A DNA stretch of 64,000 nucleotides. Origin: a bacterium (GTDB lineage: Bacteria; Zhuqueibacterota; Zhuqueibacteria; Oceanimicrobiales; Oceanimicrobiaceae). The notes under the pieces are model-generated. The model did not search any database and was not told the origin of the DNA. It saw nothing but the letters and a program-made list of their open reading frames with translations. The number at the start of each line of letters is the position of its first letter. Position 1 is the first letter of the stretch. Below, piece after piece: positions 47,383 to 56,919 of the stretch. The stretch is taken from NCBI GenBank assembly GCA_037446635.1, contig JBBIIG010000013.1, positions 17,855 through 81,854 on the forward strand, in the 5' to 3' direction. The position numbers and the translations under genes are program-made.

Positions 47383-48579
47383 ATGAGTTCATTAGCGAAG
47401 CTGTTGCGGTCAGGGGTTGTTTTTGGGATTTGTGTGTGGAGCTTAATGCCTTTCCAGGTATCACAGCTTACGGCGCAGCACCATGATCATCAACATAATA
47501 ATCGCAACCACCTCGAAGATTGGCCGGATTCGCTGGCGGTGGTGACGGTTTCGGGCACGGCCAGAGTTGACAGCAGTGTTTTCCATTTTCGTTATTTGCT
47601 CGATGAAAACAACGACGGCAGCAGCGACTACCAACTCGGATTCGGCCCGTTCTGGTACGAACCCCCCAGCGGCGCTGCGCGTCCAAGTGATGGTGAGGCC
47701 ATCACGATTAAAGGCGGCTTGGTGACGCAACATATCCCGCCGCTCATCATCGTGTTTGAAATTAATGGCTTGGTTTGGCGGGATTCCACCGGCGCGCCGC
47801 CGTGGTCCGGGCGCTGGGTGCATCGCAATGCGCCAGACACCACGCTGGTTTTTTGTCCGACCGACAGCCTCGATTGGATAGGCTACCCGCCGCAAAGTAT
47901 GCACGGCATGATGTTCCCCGATTCCATTTTTTGCCAATTCGAGGAGGTGCATCCCGACAGCCTGCCGGGCATGATCGACTCCACAATGTTTGAAGGATAT
48001 TACTCCGAAATCATTCGCGACCACGGCCGGCACATGCGCGGCCGCATGATGATGAGTTTCAACCGCGACATTTCGATTCAATTTCATTATGATGAAAATG
48101 AGCTTCACCGCCGCGGTTTCGCCGAAGAATCTATGCACCTTATGTTTTTCGATGACGATCAAACCTGGAAAACGCTGGCAGCGACGATCAACACCGGCGC
48201 GAATACGGTTCAGGTCAACGCTAGCTCATTGAGCACGTATTATGCTTTGAGTGCGAGTCCGGTGACTTCGGTGGATGATTCCAGTCCGCTTGCGCCGGCT
48301 GAATTCACCCTCTTTCCTAATTTTCCCAATCCGTTCAATCCGCAAACGACAATTCGTTATCAACTCAAGCAGGATGCGGATATCCGGTTGTCGATTTTCG
48401 ACATCACAGGCCGGGAAGTGCGACTGCTTTTCAGCGGCCGTCAGCGCGCCGGCGACCATTCAGCCATTTGGGATGGCGCCGACAACAGCGGCAAGATCGT
48501 TGCAAGTGGAATTTATTTTGTTAAATTGCAGGACGGCAAACGCAATTCGCTGGTCCAAAAGATGACGATGGTGAAGTAG
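47383..48579 (+). CDS. Exported His/Met-rich protein with C-terminal FlgD-Ig / T9SS-type sorting domain
   Basis: HHDHQH after the signal peptide; NFPNPFNPQTTIRY...WDG...SGIYFVKL. Confidence 0.85.
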   Translation: MSSLAKLLRSGVVFGICVWSLMPFQVSQLTAQHHDHQHNNRNHLEDWPDSLAVVTVSGTARVDSSVFHFRYLLDENNDGSSDYQLGFGPFWYEPPSGAARPSDGEAITIKGGLVTQHIPPLIIVFEINGLVWRDSTGAPPWSGRWVHRNAPDTTLVFCPTDSLDWIGYPPQSMHGMMFPDSIFCQFEEVHPDSLPGMIDSTMFEGYYSEIIRDHGRHMRGRMMMSFNRDISIQFHYDENELHRRGFAEESMHLMFFDDDQTWKTLAATINTGANTVQVNASSLSTYYALSASPVTSVDDSSPLAPAEFTLFPNFPNPFNPQTTIRYQLKQDADIRLSIFDITGREVRLLFSGRQRAGDHSAIWDGADNSGKIVASGIYFVKLQDGKRNSLVQKMTMVK

Positions 48580-48591
48580 GGGAGATGCTCA

Positions 48592-48625
48592 AACCTTGCG
48601 AAAGTTTAAAAACCTTCGCAAGGTT
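48592..48625. repeat. REP-like palindrome, copy B
   Basis: AACCTTGCGAAAGTTT-AA-AAACCTTCGCAAGGTT. Confidence 0.75.
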
Positions 48626-49059
48626 ACTGGCGCTGAGGCTACTTTTTGCCAGTACGAGCTTTGAATTCTTCTTCTTGCTTTCGTTCAAAATACAAAAAAA
48701 CCACACCAACAATGGTAGAGATGAGAGCAACGAAAGCGGCTCCAATGAGGAATTCAGTCATGGCTTATCTCCTCTCTTCTCTTGGCGTAATGAGCTGTCT
48801 GTATAAAAATAAGACCCCATGCTGTCGGTATGAGGCTAAACACAATTTTGAGGAAAACTGTGGACCAAGAAATCGACACTTTAGCAAAGAATTTGGCAAC
48901 GATTGCAGCAATCAGAATCGCTTGTCCAAACCTAATAGGGTTTTGCCCAATTCACTATAAACATCACTAATAATTCTCACTTTCCTTCCCTCAGGTAGAA
49001 CGCAAAGAAAGATTGCAAATCGAGATTTAAATGTCAACGTCAACTTCGGAAAAGAACTT

Positions 49060-49554
49060 ATGAAATGTCAAAGCTGTCAGCAAACGGTAACTCGCAAAAG
49101 CCGTTATTGTCCCAACTGCGGCGCGGCGGTGATTCCGCGCCATTCACAAAGCCAGCCGAACGCCAAATCGAAGTCGCTGACCTTACCGTATGCGGCGGCG
49201 CTGGTTGGCGCCGGTGTGCTGGTGGGATTTTTGATTTTCAAATTCGGAGCGTCCAATTCTGGATCCGAATACAACGCCAATGTGCCCGTGGCCCTGCAGT
49301 CCGCCGCGGTGTTGGACGTCGCGCGCGAGTTCATGTGCCCCTGCGGCAACTGCAGCGACCCGCTGGATACCTGCACCTGCGACCATCCCCACGGCGCGTT
49401 TGAAGTGAAGGGGTTCATCGCCCAGCAGTTGGCGGCGGGACACAAAAAGCCGCACATCGTGGAAATGGTGCAGCAAAAGTACGGCGGCCTCAAACCCCAA
49501 GCGCCGCTGAAGTTGGATTTCCAGCTGCCGGATCCGTTGTCGAACTTCAAATAA
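49060..49554 (+). CDS. Zinc-ribbon + TM + CcmH-like Cys domain protein
   Basis: CQSC..CPNC; TM helix; FMCPCGNC..CTCDH...QKYG. Confidence 0.75.
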   Translation: MKCQSCQQTVTRKSRYCPNCGAAVIPRHSQSQPNAKSKSLTLPYAAALVGAGVLVGFLIFKFGASNSGSEYNANVPVALQSAAVLDVAREFMCPCGNCSDPLDTCTCDHPHGAFEVKGFIAQQLAAGHKKPHIVEMVQQKYGGLKPQAPLKLDFQLPDPLSNFK

Positions 49555-49591
49555 ATCACGCGGAGATTTATGCCGCAATCGGAGGTTCCAA

Positions 49592-49993
49592 ATGAAAGTG
49601 CTGATTTTTCTGTTCACTGTTTCATTCATTTTCATCTCATGTCATTCGCTTGAAAAAGAACGCGAGATTCGCAAACCGCAATCCGTTGCCGATACCACCG
49701 CAGCCTTGACACCCGATACACGGCTGGCAAACATCAAATCTGAATTAAAGACGATGAAGTCCGAATTAACCGCGGCGGGAAAATACAATTGCTGCGTCCA
49801 GCCCGCCTGCGATTGGTGCGCGCTCAAAGAGGGCGAGTGCCCTTGCCACGATCATCTGCTGGCGAAAAAGGCGGTCTGCCCGGATTGCGGACTCGGCTGG
49901 CACAACGGACAGGGCGTGGTGGAAGGCGTGAAAGTAGGCCAGGTGAAATGGGATATCACCCACGAGCATGCCGGTGCGCAACACCAACATTGA
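49592..49993 (+). CDS. Cys-rich lipoprotein
   Basis: Lipobox FISC; CCVQPACDWC..CPC..CPDC; His-rich tail; GGAGG RBS. Confidence 0.75.
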   Translation: MKVLIFLFTVSFIFISCHSLEKEREIRKPQSVADTTAALTPDTRLANIKSELKTMKSELTAAGKYNCCVQPACDWCALKEGECPCHDHLLAKKAVCPDCGLGWHNGQGVVEGVKVGQVKWDITHEHAGAQHQH

Positions 49994-50025
49994 ACATTGA
50001 TTTTTTTGGAGGACTTCGGAGGACT

Positions 50026-50580
50026 ATGACATCGAACTTAATATTCAGAAAAAGACAGACGGCGCTGTTCGCGCTGATCTTCTTTGGTTCTAACTTGCTG
50101 GCCCAAACACCCGCTCATTTTGAACAGAAAAACCAAACCATCAAAGCGCTTTCGGCCGAGGAGGTGCAGGGCTATCTTGCCGGACACGGCATGGGCTTGG
50201 CGAAAGCCGCCGAGTTGAATCACTATCCCGGACCCAAACACGTTTTGGAACTCGCCGACCAACTTAACCTGAGCCCCGAGCAACTTAATCAAACTAAAAA
50301 CGTCTTCGCGGAAATGTTAAGCGAAGCGATGCGATTGGGCGGAATCTACATCGCAAAAGAAAAAATGCTGGACAGCCTGTTTGCCACCGCTCAAATGGAT
50401 GAGCGCCAACTGCGAGCACTGATTTCGGAGATCGCGCGCCTGCGCGGCGAGCTGCGCTTCGTTCATCTCAAAGCGCATTTGGCGATGAAGGCGATTCTTT
50501 CCGAACAGCAAATCGCGGAATACGATCGCCTGCGCGGTTATTCCCATTCACAAAGTGAGAAACATCATCATCCGCATTAA
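50026..50580 (+). CDS. Spy/CpxP-like periplasmic heavy-metal-sensor family protein
   Basis: GMGLAKAAELNHYPGPKHVLEL, LSPEQ, LSEQQ..YDRLRGY; His tail. Confidence 0.8.
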   Translation: MTSNLIFRKRQTALFALIFFGSNLLAQTPAHFEQKNQTIKALSAEEVQGYLAGHGMGLAKAAELNHYPGPKHVLELADQLNLSPEQLNQTKNVFAEMLSEAMRLGGIYIAKEKMLDSLFATAQMDERQLRALISEIARLRGELRFVHLKAHLAMKAILSEQQIAEYDRLRGYSHSQSEKHHHPH

Positions 50581-50612
50581 ATTCATAAAATTAAACAATG
50601 AGGAGGTTCAAC

Positions 50613-50888
50613 ATGCGCGTCTTTTTGATGGCCGTTCTTTTTTTATCGTGTCTGTTGCTTGTGACTTGCAGCGAGAAATCTGCCCAGCAGCAATCGGTGT
50701 CCAGCGCGCGATCGCAGGCGGACTCGCTGGTGTCCAATCTGGTCACTGATCCCGTCTGTGGAATGGAGCTGGACAAAACCCAGATCAAACTCACCACCGA
50801 GTTCAACGGCGAGACCTATTATTTTTGCAACGAGTCCGAGAAAATCGCTTTTGAAAAAAATCCCGAGCGTTTTTTGAGCGCTGAGTAA
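50613..50888 (+). CDS. YHS domain lipoprotein
   Basis: Lipobox LVTC; DPVCGM..YYFC..NPERF; GAGGAGG RBS. Confidence 0.85.
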   Translation: MRVFLMAVLFLSCLLLVTCSEKSAQQQSVSSARSQADSLVSNLVTDPVCGMELDKTQIKLTTEFNGETYYFCNESEKIAFEKNPERFLSAE

Positions 50889-51162
50889 ATGCGATTCTAA
50901 AAATACGAAAGTTGAAATACCAGCAAATCCGAATCTCAGTATTCCAGCTACTGAATTTGCTCGTCATTTCAAAATTTTGTGTTTCGGAACTCTGCCGGTT
51001 AAACATCCTTCATCGAAATTGAATGTCTTGTTCCTGCCCGCGACGCATCTCGGGAAAATGACAACCTGAATGCGCCGCCACCTTTCTACATCCATAAGTT
51101 AAGAGCTAATTCTTATTGTGACTTAGCGCGGCAACAATTTCGCTTGCAGACCCGCCAAAAGA

Positions 51163-51177
51163 TGGTACGCCAATTGC
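51163..51177 (+). promoter_or_regulatory. Candidate sigma54 promoter
   Basis: TGGTACG-CCAA-TTGC, 47 bp upstream of ATG 51224. Confidence 0.45.
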
Positions 51178-51223
51178 CAAATCCTGTGCCGGACACTTAT
51201 GCAACAGGAGAAGCAACTTTGGT

Positions 51224-51478
51224 ATGGCATCTGAAAAAACCATCATCCGGCAAATTGAAAACACGGTAAGCGCGAAGTACACGGACTGGAAAATTGGCAT
51301 TACGGATGATCCCGCCAAAAGGAAAGCCGCACTTGGCAACCCTCTCAACTGGCTGCAATGGCAAGCCGATTCTAATCACGATGCGCAAAACGTGGTGAAT
51401 TATTTTGTGAAAAAGGGCATGAAGCGCTCCGGTGTGGCGAATAAAACAGCGATCTACGTTTATATTTTCCTGGCTTAA
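51224..51478 (+). CDS. Small hypothetical protein
   Basis: 84 aa; AGGAG upstream; WKIGITDDPAKR motif. Confidence 0.7.
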   Translation: MASEKTIIRQIENTVSAKYTDWKIGITDDPAKRKAALGNPLNWLQWQADSNHDAQNVVNYFVKKGMKRSGVANKTAIYVYIFLA

Positions 51479-51573
51479 GTTCGTCTCACCACCGGCCACA
51501 ACATGATACGAACTTGCATGATTCTCCTTTAAGCGCTATTTTTGATTCAATCAAAAATTAAAAGGAGAATCTC

Positions 51574-52770
51574 ATGCCGAGTTTCAAACGTATCGAAACC
51601 AAGCTCATTCATGCTGGCGAGCCGGAGCCGCGCATCAGCGGCGCGGTCACTATGCCGATTTATCAAACGGCGATGTTCGAGTACGCCGGCGAAACCAGCT
51701 ACCACGATCTCAAATACATCCGCCTCAACAACACGCCCAATCATGTCGCGCTTCATCAAAAATTAGCGGCGCTGGAAAATGCGGAAGCCGCTTTGGTGAC
51801 CAGCAGCGGCATGGCCGCGATTTCCACGGCGCTGCTCACAGTGCTGAGTGCCGGCGATCACCTGCTGGCGCAAAATTGCCTCTACGGCGGCACCCACGAT
51901 TTCGTCAATCGGGATTTGCCGGCGTTTGGAATCGAGTTCGATTTCATCGATGCCGCGGATCCCGATTCATGGAAAAGCAAATTGCGTCCGAATACCAAAG
52001 CCATTTACGTGGAGACGATGACAAATCCGTTAATTGAAGTTGGAGAATTACAAGCCGTGCCGAAATTTGCCCAAGCCCACGGGCTGGTTTCGCTGATCGA
52101 CAACACCTTCGCGAGTCCCATCAATTTTCGGCCCGCGGAATGGGGGTTCGATCTGTCGCTGCACAGTTGCACCAAATATTTGAACGGCCACAACGACATC
52201 GTGGCCGGCGCGGTCATCGGCCGCGCGGAACTGATTGAAAAGATCACCCACAAGCTCAATCACCTCGGCGGCTCGCTCGATCCGCACGCCTGTTTTCTTT
52301 TGCATCGCGGCATGAAAACCCTGGCGGTGCGCATGAAACAGCACAATGAAAGCGCTCTCAAAATCGCGCAGTTTTTAGAACGCCACCCGAAAATTTCGAA
52401 AGTGAATTATCCCGGACTCGAAAGTCATCCGGGGCATAAGCGGGCTAAGGAGATGTTCGATGGCTTCAGCGGCATGTTGAGTTTTGAGCTGTCGGGTACC
52501 CGGCCTGCGCAGGCAGGCGATCCGCTTCGCGGAAAAGAAGATTTACGCGCAGCGGAGCAATTCATGAAAAAGGTGACGCTGCCAACCATCGCGCCGAGTC
52601 TCGGTGGCGTGGAGTCGCTGCTCACGCGGCCGGCGATCACCTCGCACGCGGGTTTGTCGCCGGAAGATCGCCACAAATTAGGAATCACCGACGGGCTGAT
52701 CCGCATGTCCGTGGGCATCGAAGCCACGGAGGATATTTTAGAGGATTTTGAGCAAGCGCTGCGGGATTGA
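51574..52770 (+). CDS. Cys/Met metabolism PLP enzyme (cystathionine gamma-lyase/synthase family)
   Basis: SSGMAAI, DNTFA, HSCTKYLNGHND, SLGGVES and RMSVGIE motifs. Confidence 0.93.
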   Translation: MPSFKRIETKLIHAGEPEPRISGAVTMPIYQTAMFEYAGETSYHDLKYIRLNNTPNHVALHQKLAALENAEAALVTSSGMAAISTALLTVLSAGDHLLAQNCLYGGTHDFVNRDLPAFGIEFDFIDAADPDSWKSKLRPNTKAIYVETMTNPLIEVGELQAVPKFAQAHGLVSLIDNTFASPINFRPAEWGFDLSLHSCTKYLNGHNDIVAGAVIGRAELIEKITHKLNHLGGSLDPHACFLLHRGMKTLAVRMKQHNESALKIAQFLERHPKISKVNYPGLESHPGHKRAKEMFDGFSGMLSFELSGTRPAQAGDPLRGKEDLRAAEQFMKKVTLPTIAPSLGGVESLLTRPAITSHAGLSPEDRHKLGITDGLIRMSVGIEATEDILEDFEQALRD

Positions 52771-52925
52771 CTATTGATTGTATTTCCCTCGATGTGCACC
52801 TAAAAGACGGTTGCAAACCGTGTTGGATCTGGTTTGAAGCGAAATTGATTTATTTGCTTGCGCACGATCACAAAAATTTTAGATTATCACCACCCGCCGC
52901 TGCTTCATAAAATGAAAGGAAAGCG

Positions 52926-54458
52926 ATGAAATTCAAATTCAAAATCAGCGCCCAGTTTTTGGGCCGCCTGTTAGACGGCGTCGAAAAAGTCGGCAACCTG
53001 CTGCCGCACCCGGCCAGCCTGTTTGCGCTGTTCGCATTGACGGTGGTGATCGCGTCCGGCGTCGCCGCGATGTTTGAAATTTCGGCGCTGCACCCCGGCA
53101 CCGGCGAAACCATCCACCCGGTGAGCCTGCTTTCCGGCGACGGCCTGCGCCGGATGACCACCGACATGGTGCGCAATTTCACCAGCTTCGCGCCGCTGGG
53201 AACGGTGCTGGTGGCGCTGCTGGGAATCGGCGTGGCGGAGGGCAGCGGTTTAATTGGCGCCGGCATCCGCTTGATGGTGCTGTCGGCGCCGCCCAGGCTG
53301 CTGACGTTCACAATTGTTTTCGCTGGCGTCCTTTCTAACATGGCCTCGGAGATTGGTTACGTTTTGCTGGTGCCGTTGGGCGCGACGATTTTCCTGGCGG
53401 TGGGCCGTCACCCCATTGCCGGGCTGGCGGCGGCGTTTGCCGGCGTCTCTGGCGGTTACAGCGCCAATCTGCTGCTGGGCACGGTGGATCCGCTGCTGGC
53501 CGGCATTTCCGAAGAAGCGGCCAAAATTATTGATCCGAGTTACCTGGTCAATCCGGCGTGCAACTATTATTTTATGGTGGTTTCCACGTTTGTGATTGCG
53601 ATCGTGGGCACGCTGGTTTCGGAAAAGATCGTCGAGCCGCGTCTGGGAAAATACGACGGCGACGAAAAGCCGATGGCGATTGAAAAGTTGTCTGCCGATG
53701 AAAAACGCGGCCTGCTTTTCGCGGCGGTTGCCGCAATAATTTTCACGATTTTGTTGCTTTGGGCCGTGGTGCCGAGCGACGGCGTGCTGCGCGATCCTGC
53801 CACCGGCGACGTGCTGCATTCACCGTTTTTGCGTGGCATCGTCGCCATTATTTTTTTCGCGGGAGCGGTCACCGGAATTGCCTACGGGGTCGGCGCGCGC
53901 ACCCTGCGCAGCGATTCCGACGTCGCCAAAAGCATGGGCAAGGCCATGAGCACACTTGGCCTTTACATCGTGCTGGTATTTTTTGCCGCGCAATTTGTGG
54001 CATATTTTTCGTGGACGAACCTCGGCCTGATTTTCGCCGTGAAGGGCGCGGAATTTTTGCAGGCGATTCATTTCGAGGGCATCCCGCTGATTGTGAGTTT
54101 TATTTTGGTGGCGGCGTTCATCAATTTGTTTATGGGCAGCGCCTCGGCGAAATGGGCGATCATGGCCCCGGTGTTTATTCCGATGTTCATGATTTTGGGT
54201 TTCACTCCAGAATTCACCCAAAACGCCTACCGCATCGGCGATTCGGTCAGCAACGTGATCTCGCCGATGATGACCTACTTTGCGCTCATCATCGCTTTTG
54301 TGCAGCGCTACAAAACCGACGCTGGCATCGGCACGGTGGTGGCGACGATGCTACCCTTTACGGTGAGCTTTTTGATTGCGTGGATCGCGTTGTTGATTGT
54401 TTGGATTGTCTTAGGCTTGCCAGTTGGGCCGGGCGCGGAGATGTATTTATCGAAGTGA
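52926..54458 (+). CDS. AbgT family transporter
   Basis: [25 protein letters not shown] and YRIGDS motifs. Confidence 0.93.
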   Translation: MKFKFKISAQFLGRLLDGVEKVGNLLPHPASLFALFALTVVIASGVAAMFEISALHPGTGETIHPVSLLSGDGLRRMTTDMVRNFTSFAPLGTVLVALLGIGVAEGSGLIGAGIRLMVLSAPPRLLTFTIVFAGVLSNMASEIGYVLLVPLGATIFLAVGRHPIAGLAAAFAGVSGGYSANLLLGTVDPLLAGISEEAAKIIDPSYLVNPACNYYFMVVSTFVIAIVGTLVSEKIVEPRLGKYDGDEKPMAIEKLSADEKRGLLFAAVAAIIFTILLLWAVVPSDGVLRDPATGDVLHSPFLRGIVAIIFFAGAVTGIAYGVGARTLRSDSDVAKSMGKAMSTLGLYIVLVFFAAQFVAYFSWTNLGLIFAVKGAEFLQAIHFEGIPLIVSFILVAAFINLFMGSASAKWAIMAPVFIPMFMILGFTPEFTQNAYRIGDSVSNVISPMMTYFALIIAFVQRYKTDAGIGTVVATMLPFTVSFLIAWIALLIVWIVLGLPVGPGAEMYLSK

Positions 54459-54467
54459 AGAAACCTT

Positions 54468-54629
54468 AACCTTGGGGCTGTCCAAAAAGGTCATCTGTCA
54501 TTGCCTGCCTGCGCAGGCAGGCGAGCGAAGCGAAGCAATCTCCAGATTCGTGCTTAAATCCTGGGATTGCTTCGTCGCTGCCGCTCCTCGCAATGACATT
54601 TTTCACCCTTTTTGGACAGCCCCAAGGTT
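54468..54629. mobile_element. 162-bp MITE-like element with nested REP-type palindromes
   Basis: Perfect 23-bp terminal inverted repeats AACCTTGGGGCTGTCCAAAAAGG. Internal GTCATTGC..GAAGCAATC / GATTGCTTC..GCAATGAC pair. Confidence 0.75.
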
Positions 54630-56300
54630 TTATTTTTTATCCTGCAATTTTTTCAGCTCGTCAAGATAAACGGGGTTGTCGGGATTAAGCTGAATCGCCT
54701 TCTGCAAGCTTTCCTCCGCCGCTTTACTATTTCCGAGATCGCGATAAACCAGAAATAGATTGTGAAAAATCACCGGGTCGTCGGGGTTGAGCTGCACCGC
54801 CTTTTTGTAATCCGCCAGCGCCTCCTGCAATTTCCCCTGGCTGTCAAAATCCACCCCGCGATCGTTGAACGCCAAGCCAAGTAGCTTGCGGTAAGTTGTG
54901 TCGCTGGGGTCGGACTGCGCCGCCAGCGCAATCGCCTTTTCATATTGTTCGATGGCGGCGTCGTAATTTCTCAGCCGGCGATAGAGATTGCCGATGCGGC
55001 TGTAGAAATTCGGCCGCGGCTGAATCGCGATGGCTTTTTGATAGTGTTCGATGGCTTTGGCATATTTCCCCATTTCACTGAAAGCGTTGCCAAGTCCTTC
55101 GTACGAAAGATCGTCCTCGGGATTGATTTGCAGGGCGCGGTTATAATACTCGACAGCCTGCTTCGGCTGCTTCAGAGCGTTGAAGGCGTCGCCGAGATTG
55201 GCATGATACACCGGGTTTTGTGAATTGATGGCCAGGGCTTTTTCGTAACACTCGATGGCTTGCTTGTGTTCGCCTTTCGAATAATAACATACGCCGAGAC
55301 TGTTGAGGATAATATCGTCGTCTGGAGCGATGGCCAATGCTTGAATGTAGCGCGCAATGGCGTCATCCCACTTGCGCAGGCCGCGATAAACATCACCGAG
55401 ATTGGCGTGATAGATATTATAATTGGGGTTGATGGCGATGGCCTTTTTGTAATGCTCGATGGCCAGCTCGTGTTTTTGCAGGGAATAGTAGGCGATGCCC
55501 AAACCGTTGTGAACGACGGCGTCGTTGGGATTGAGCACCAGCGCACGGGTATAATATTCCACGGCCTCGTTCCATTTGCCCTGCGAGCGATAGACGTCGG
55601 CGAGCCCGGCTACCAACAAAAAATCATTGGGGTTTTTTTCCAAGGCCTGCTGATACCAGCGCGCCGCTTCCGGCCAATTGCGCAGTTTGTTGTAGGCGTC
55701 GCCGATATTGGCGTAATAAACGAACTCGTCGGGATTGATGGCGATGGCTTGCTGATAATAGGCAATGGCCTGTTGGTAATCGCCGCTGGAATAAAGTGTG
55801 ACGCCCAAACTGTTGAGTGCGCCGGCGTTATTCGGATCCAAATTCAGCGACTCGTGATAATAATCGATGGCGTCCGGCCAGTTGCGCAGCGCGCGGTAAC
55901 TGTCGGCGATATTTTTGTAGTAGATGGCCGCGGGCTTGATCTTCACTGCTTTTAGATAATAGTCGATCGCCTGCTCCTGCTGATCCAGCCACGAATAAAC
56001 CACCCCGATGCTGTTGTTCAGCCAATCGCTGTTGGGATTGATGGCGAGCGCCTTTTGATAATTCTCGAGCGCGCCATCCCAATTTTTGAGCTGGCGGTTG
56101 GCGTCGCCGATGTTGGAAAAATAGACCCAGTGCTGCGGATTCAGAGTCAGCGCCTTCTGATAAAGCTCGATGGCCTGCTCGTAATCGCCGCGGTCAAAAT
56201 AAAAATTGCCGAGATCGTTGTAGGCGCGATCGTCGTTGGGGTTCTGCTTAATCGCTTCCAAATAGTTTTTGGCGGCGTCGTCTTTGGAATTGGTTGCCAT
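54630..56300 (-). CDS. All-TPR protein (about 15-16 repeats)
   Basis: Regular 34-aa units (NLG..Y......AI..Y.KAL.INP). No other domain and no signal peptide. Confidence 0.92.
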   Translation of the reverse strand: MATNSKDDAAKNYLEAIKQNPNDDRAYNDLGNFYFDRGDYEQAIELYQKALTLNPQHWVYFSNIGDANRQLKNWDGALENYQKALAINPNSDWLNNSIGVVYSWLDQQEQAIDYYLKAVKIKPAAIYYKNIADSYRALRNWPDAIDYYHESLNLDPNNAGALNSLGVTLYSSGDYQQAIAYYQQAIAINPDEFVYYANIGDAYNKLRNWPEAARWYQQALEKNPNDFLLVAGLADVYRSQGKWNEAVEYYTRALVLNPNDAVVHNGLGIAYYSLQKHELAIEHYKKAIAINPNYNIYHANLGDVYRGLRKWDDAIARYIQALAIAPDDDIILNSLGVCYYSKGEHKQAIECYEKALAINSQNPVYHANLGDAFNALKQPKQAVEYYNRALQINPEDDLSYEGLGNAFSEMGKYAKAIEHYQKAIAIQPRPNFYSRIGNLYRRLRNYDAAIEQYEKAIALAAQSDPSDTTYRKLLGLAFNDRGVDFDSQGKLQEALADYKKAVQLNPDDPVIFHNLFLVYRDLGNSKAAEESLQKAIQLNPDNPVYLDELKKLQDKK

Positions 56301-56320
56301 TGCTTTTAGCGGCTCCTCAA

Positions 56321-56905
56321 CTAATTGATGGCGGGCGCTCCCTGCGGCGCCCGGGAAATATGCTCGATTCGGCCTTGCTGCGAAGCCATGGTGCGCAGTT
56401 CTCTGGCGACGGTCAAAATTTCTTCCACGTTGCCGTGCGGCTTGATTTCTTTGGCGATGTTGATCGCCGCACGCCAGCTTTCGTCAACGTGAACGGTAAC
56501 GAGAGTTTTTGCTTCGGGAGATGGGACGCGGTCCTCGCGTGAGGGCGGCGACGCAACGGAGCGCGGTTCCTCCGGTGCAAGATTCTGGCTATCCTGCTGG
56601 CTTTGGCGGAAGCGTTTATAAATTTCGCTGTGGCGAAAGTCGTTGATAATGGTGCGAATTTTAATCAGTATTTCTTTTAGCTCTTTTTCTTTACCGCGAG
56701 TCTCATCCAACTCGTGAAACTCTTCCAGCTCGGTATCGAGAGTGGCAATGAGGGAGCTGATTTTTTGCCGTTCCTTCACCTCTATCAGCGGGTCATCGGC
56801 GAGGCGGTGAAGAAGATCGCGCAGGCTTTTGGTGAAGGTTCCCAAGTTTTTGGCTCGCCCATCATATTCGAGAAAGAGCGATTCAAAGTCTTTGACTAAA
56901 CTCAT
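56321..56905 (-). CDS. Hypothetical helical protein
   Basis: 194-aa ORF in a tight minus-strand operon. Confidence 0.7.
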   Translation of the reverse strand: MSLVKDFESLFLEYDGRAKNLGTFTKSLRDLLHRLADDPLIEVKERQKISSLIATLDTELEEFHELDETRGKEKELKEILIKIRTIINDFRHSEIYKRFRQSQQDSQNLAPEEPRSVASPPSREDRVPSPEAKTLVTVHVDESWRAAINIAKEIKPHGNVEEILTVARELRTMASQQGRIEHISRAPQGAPAIN

Positions 56906-56919
56906 TGCTTAGCCCTGCG

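Noticed and set aside
49789..50025. N-terminal extension of the 263-aa ORF
   Set aside because: Overlaps the Cys-rich lipoprotein; the GGAGG RBS supports a start at 50026.
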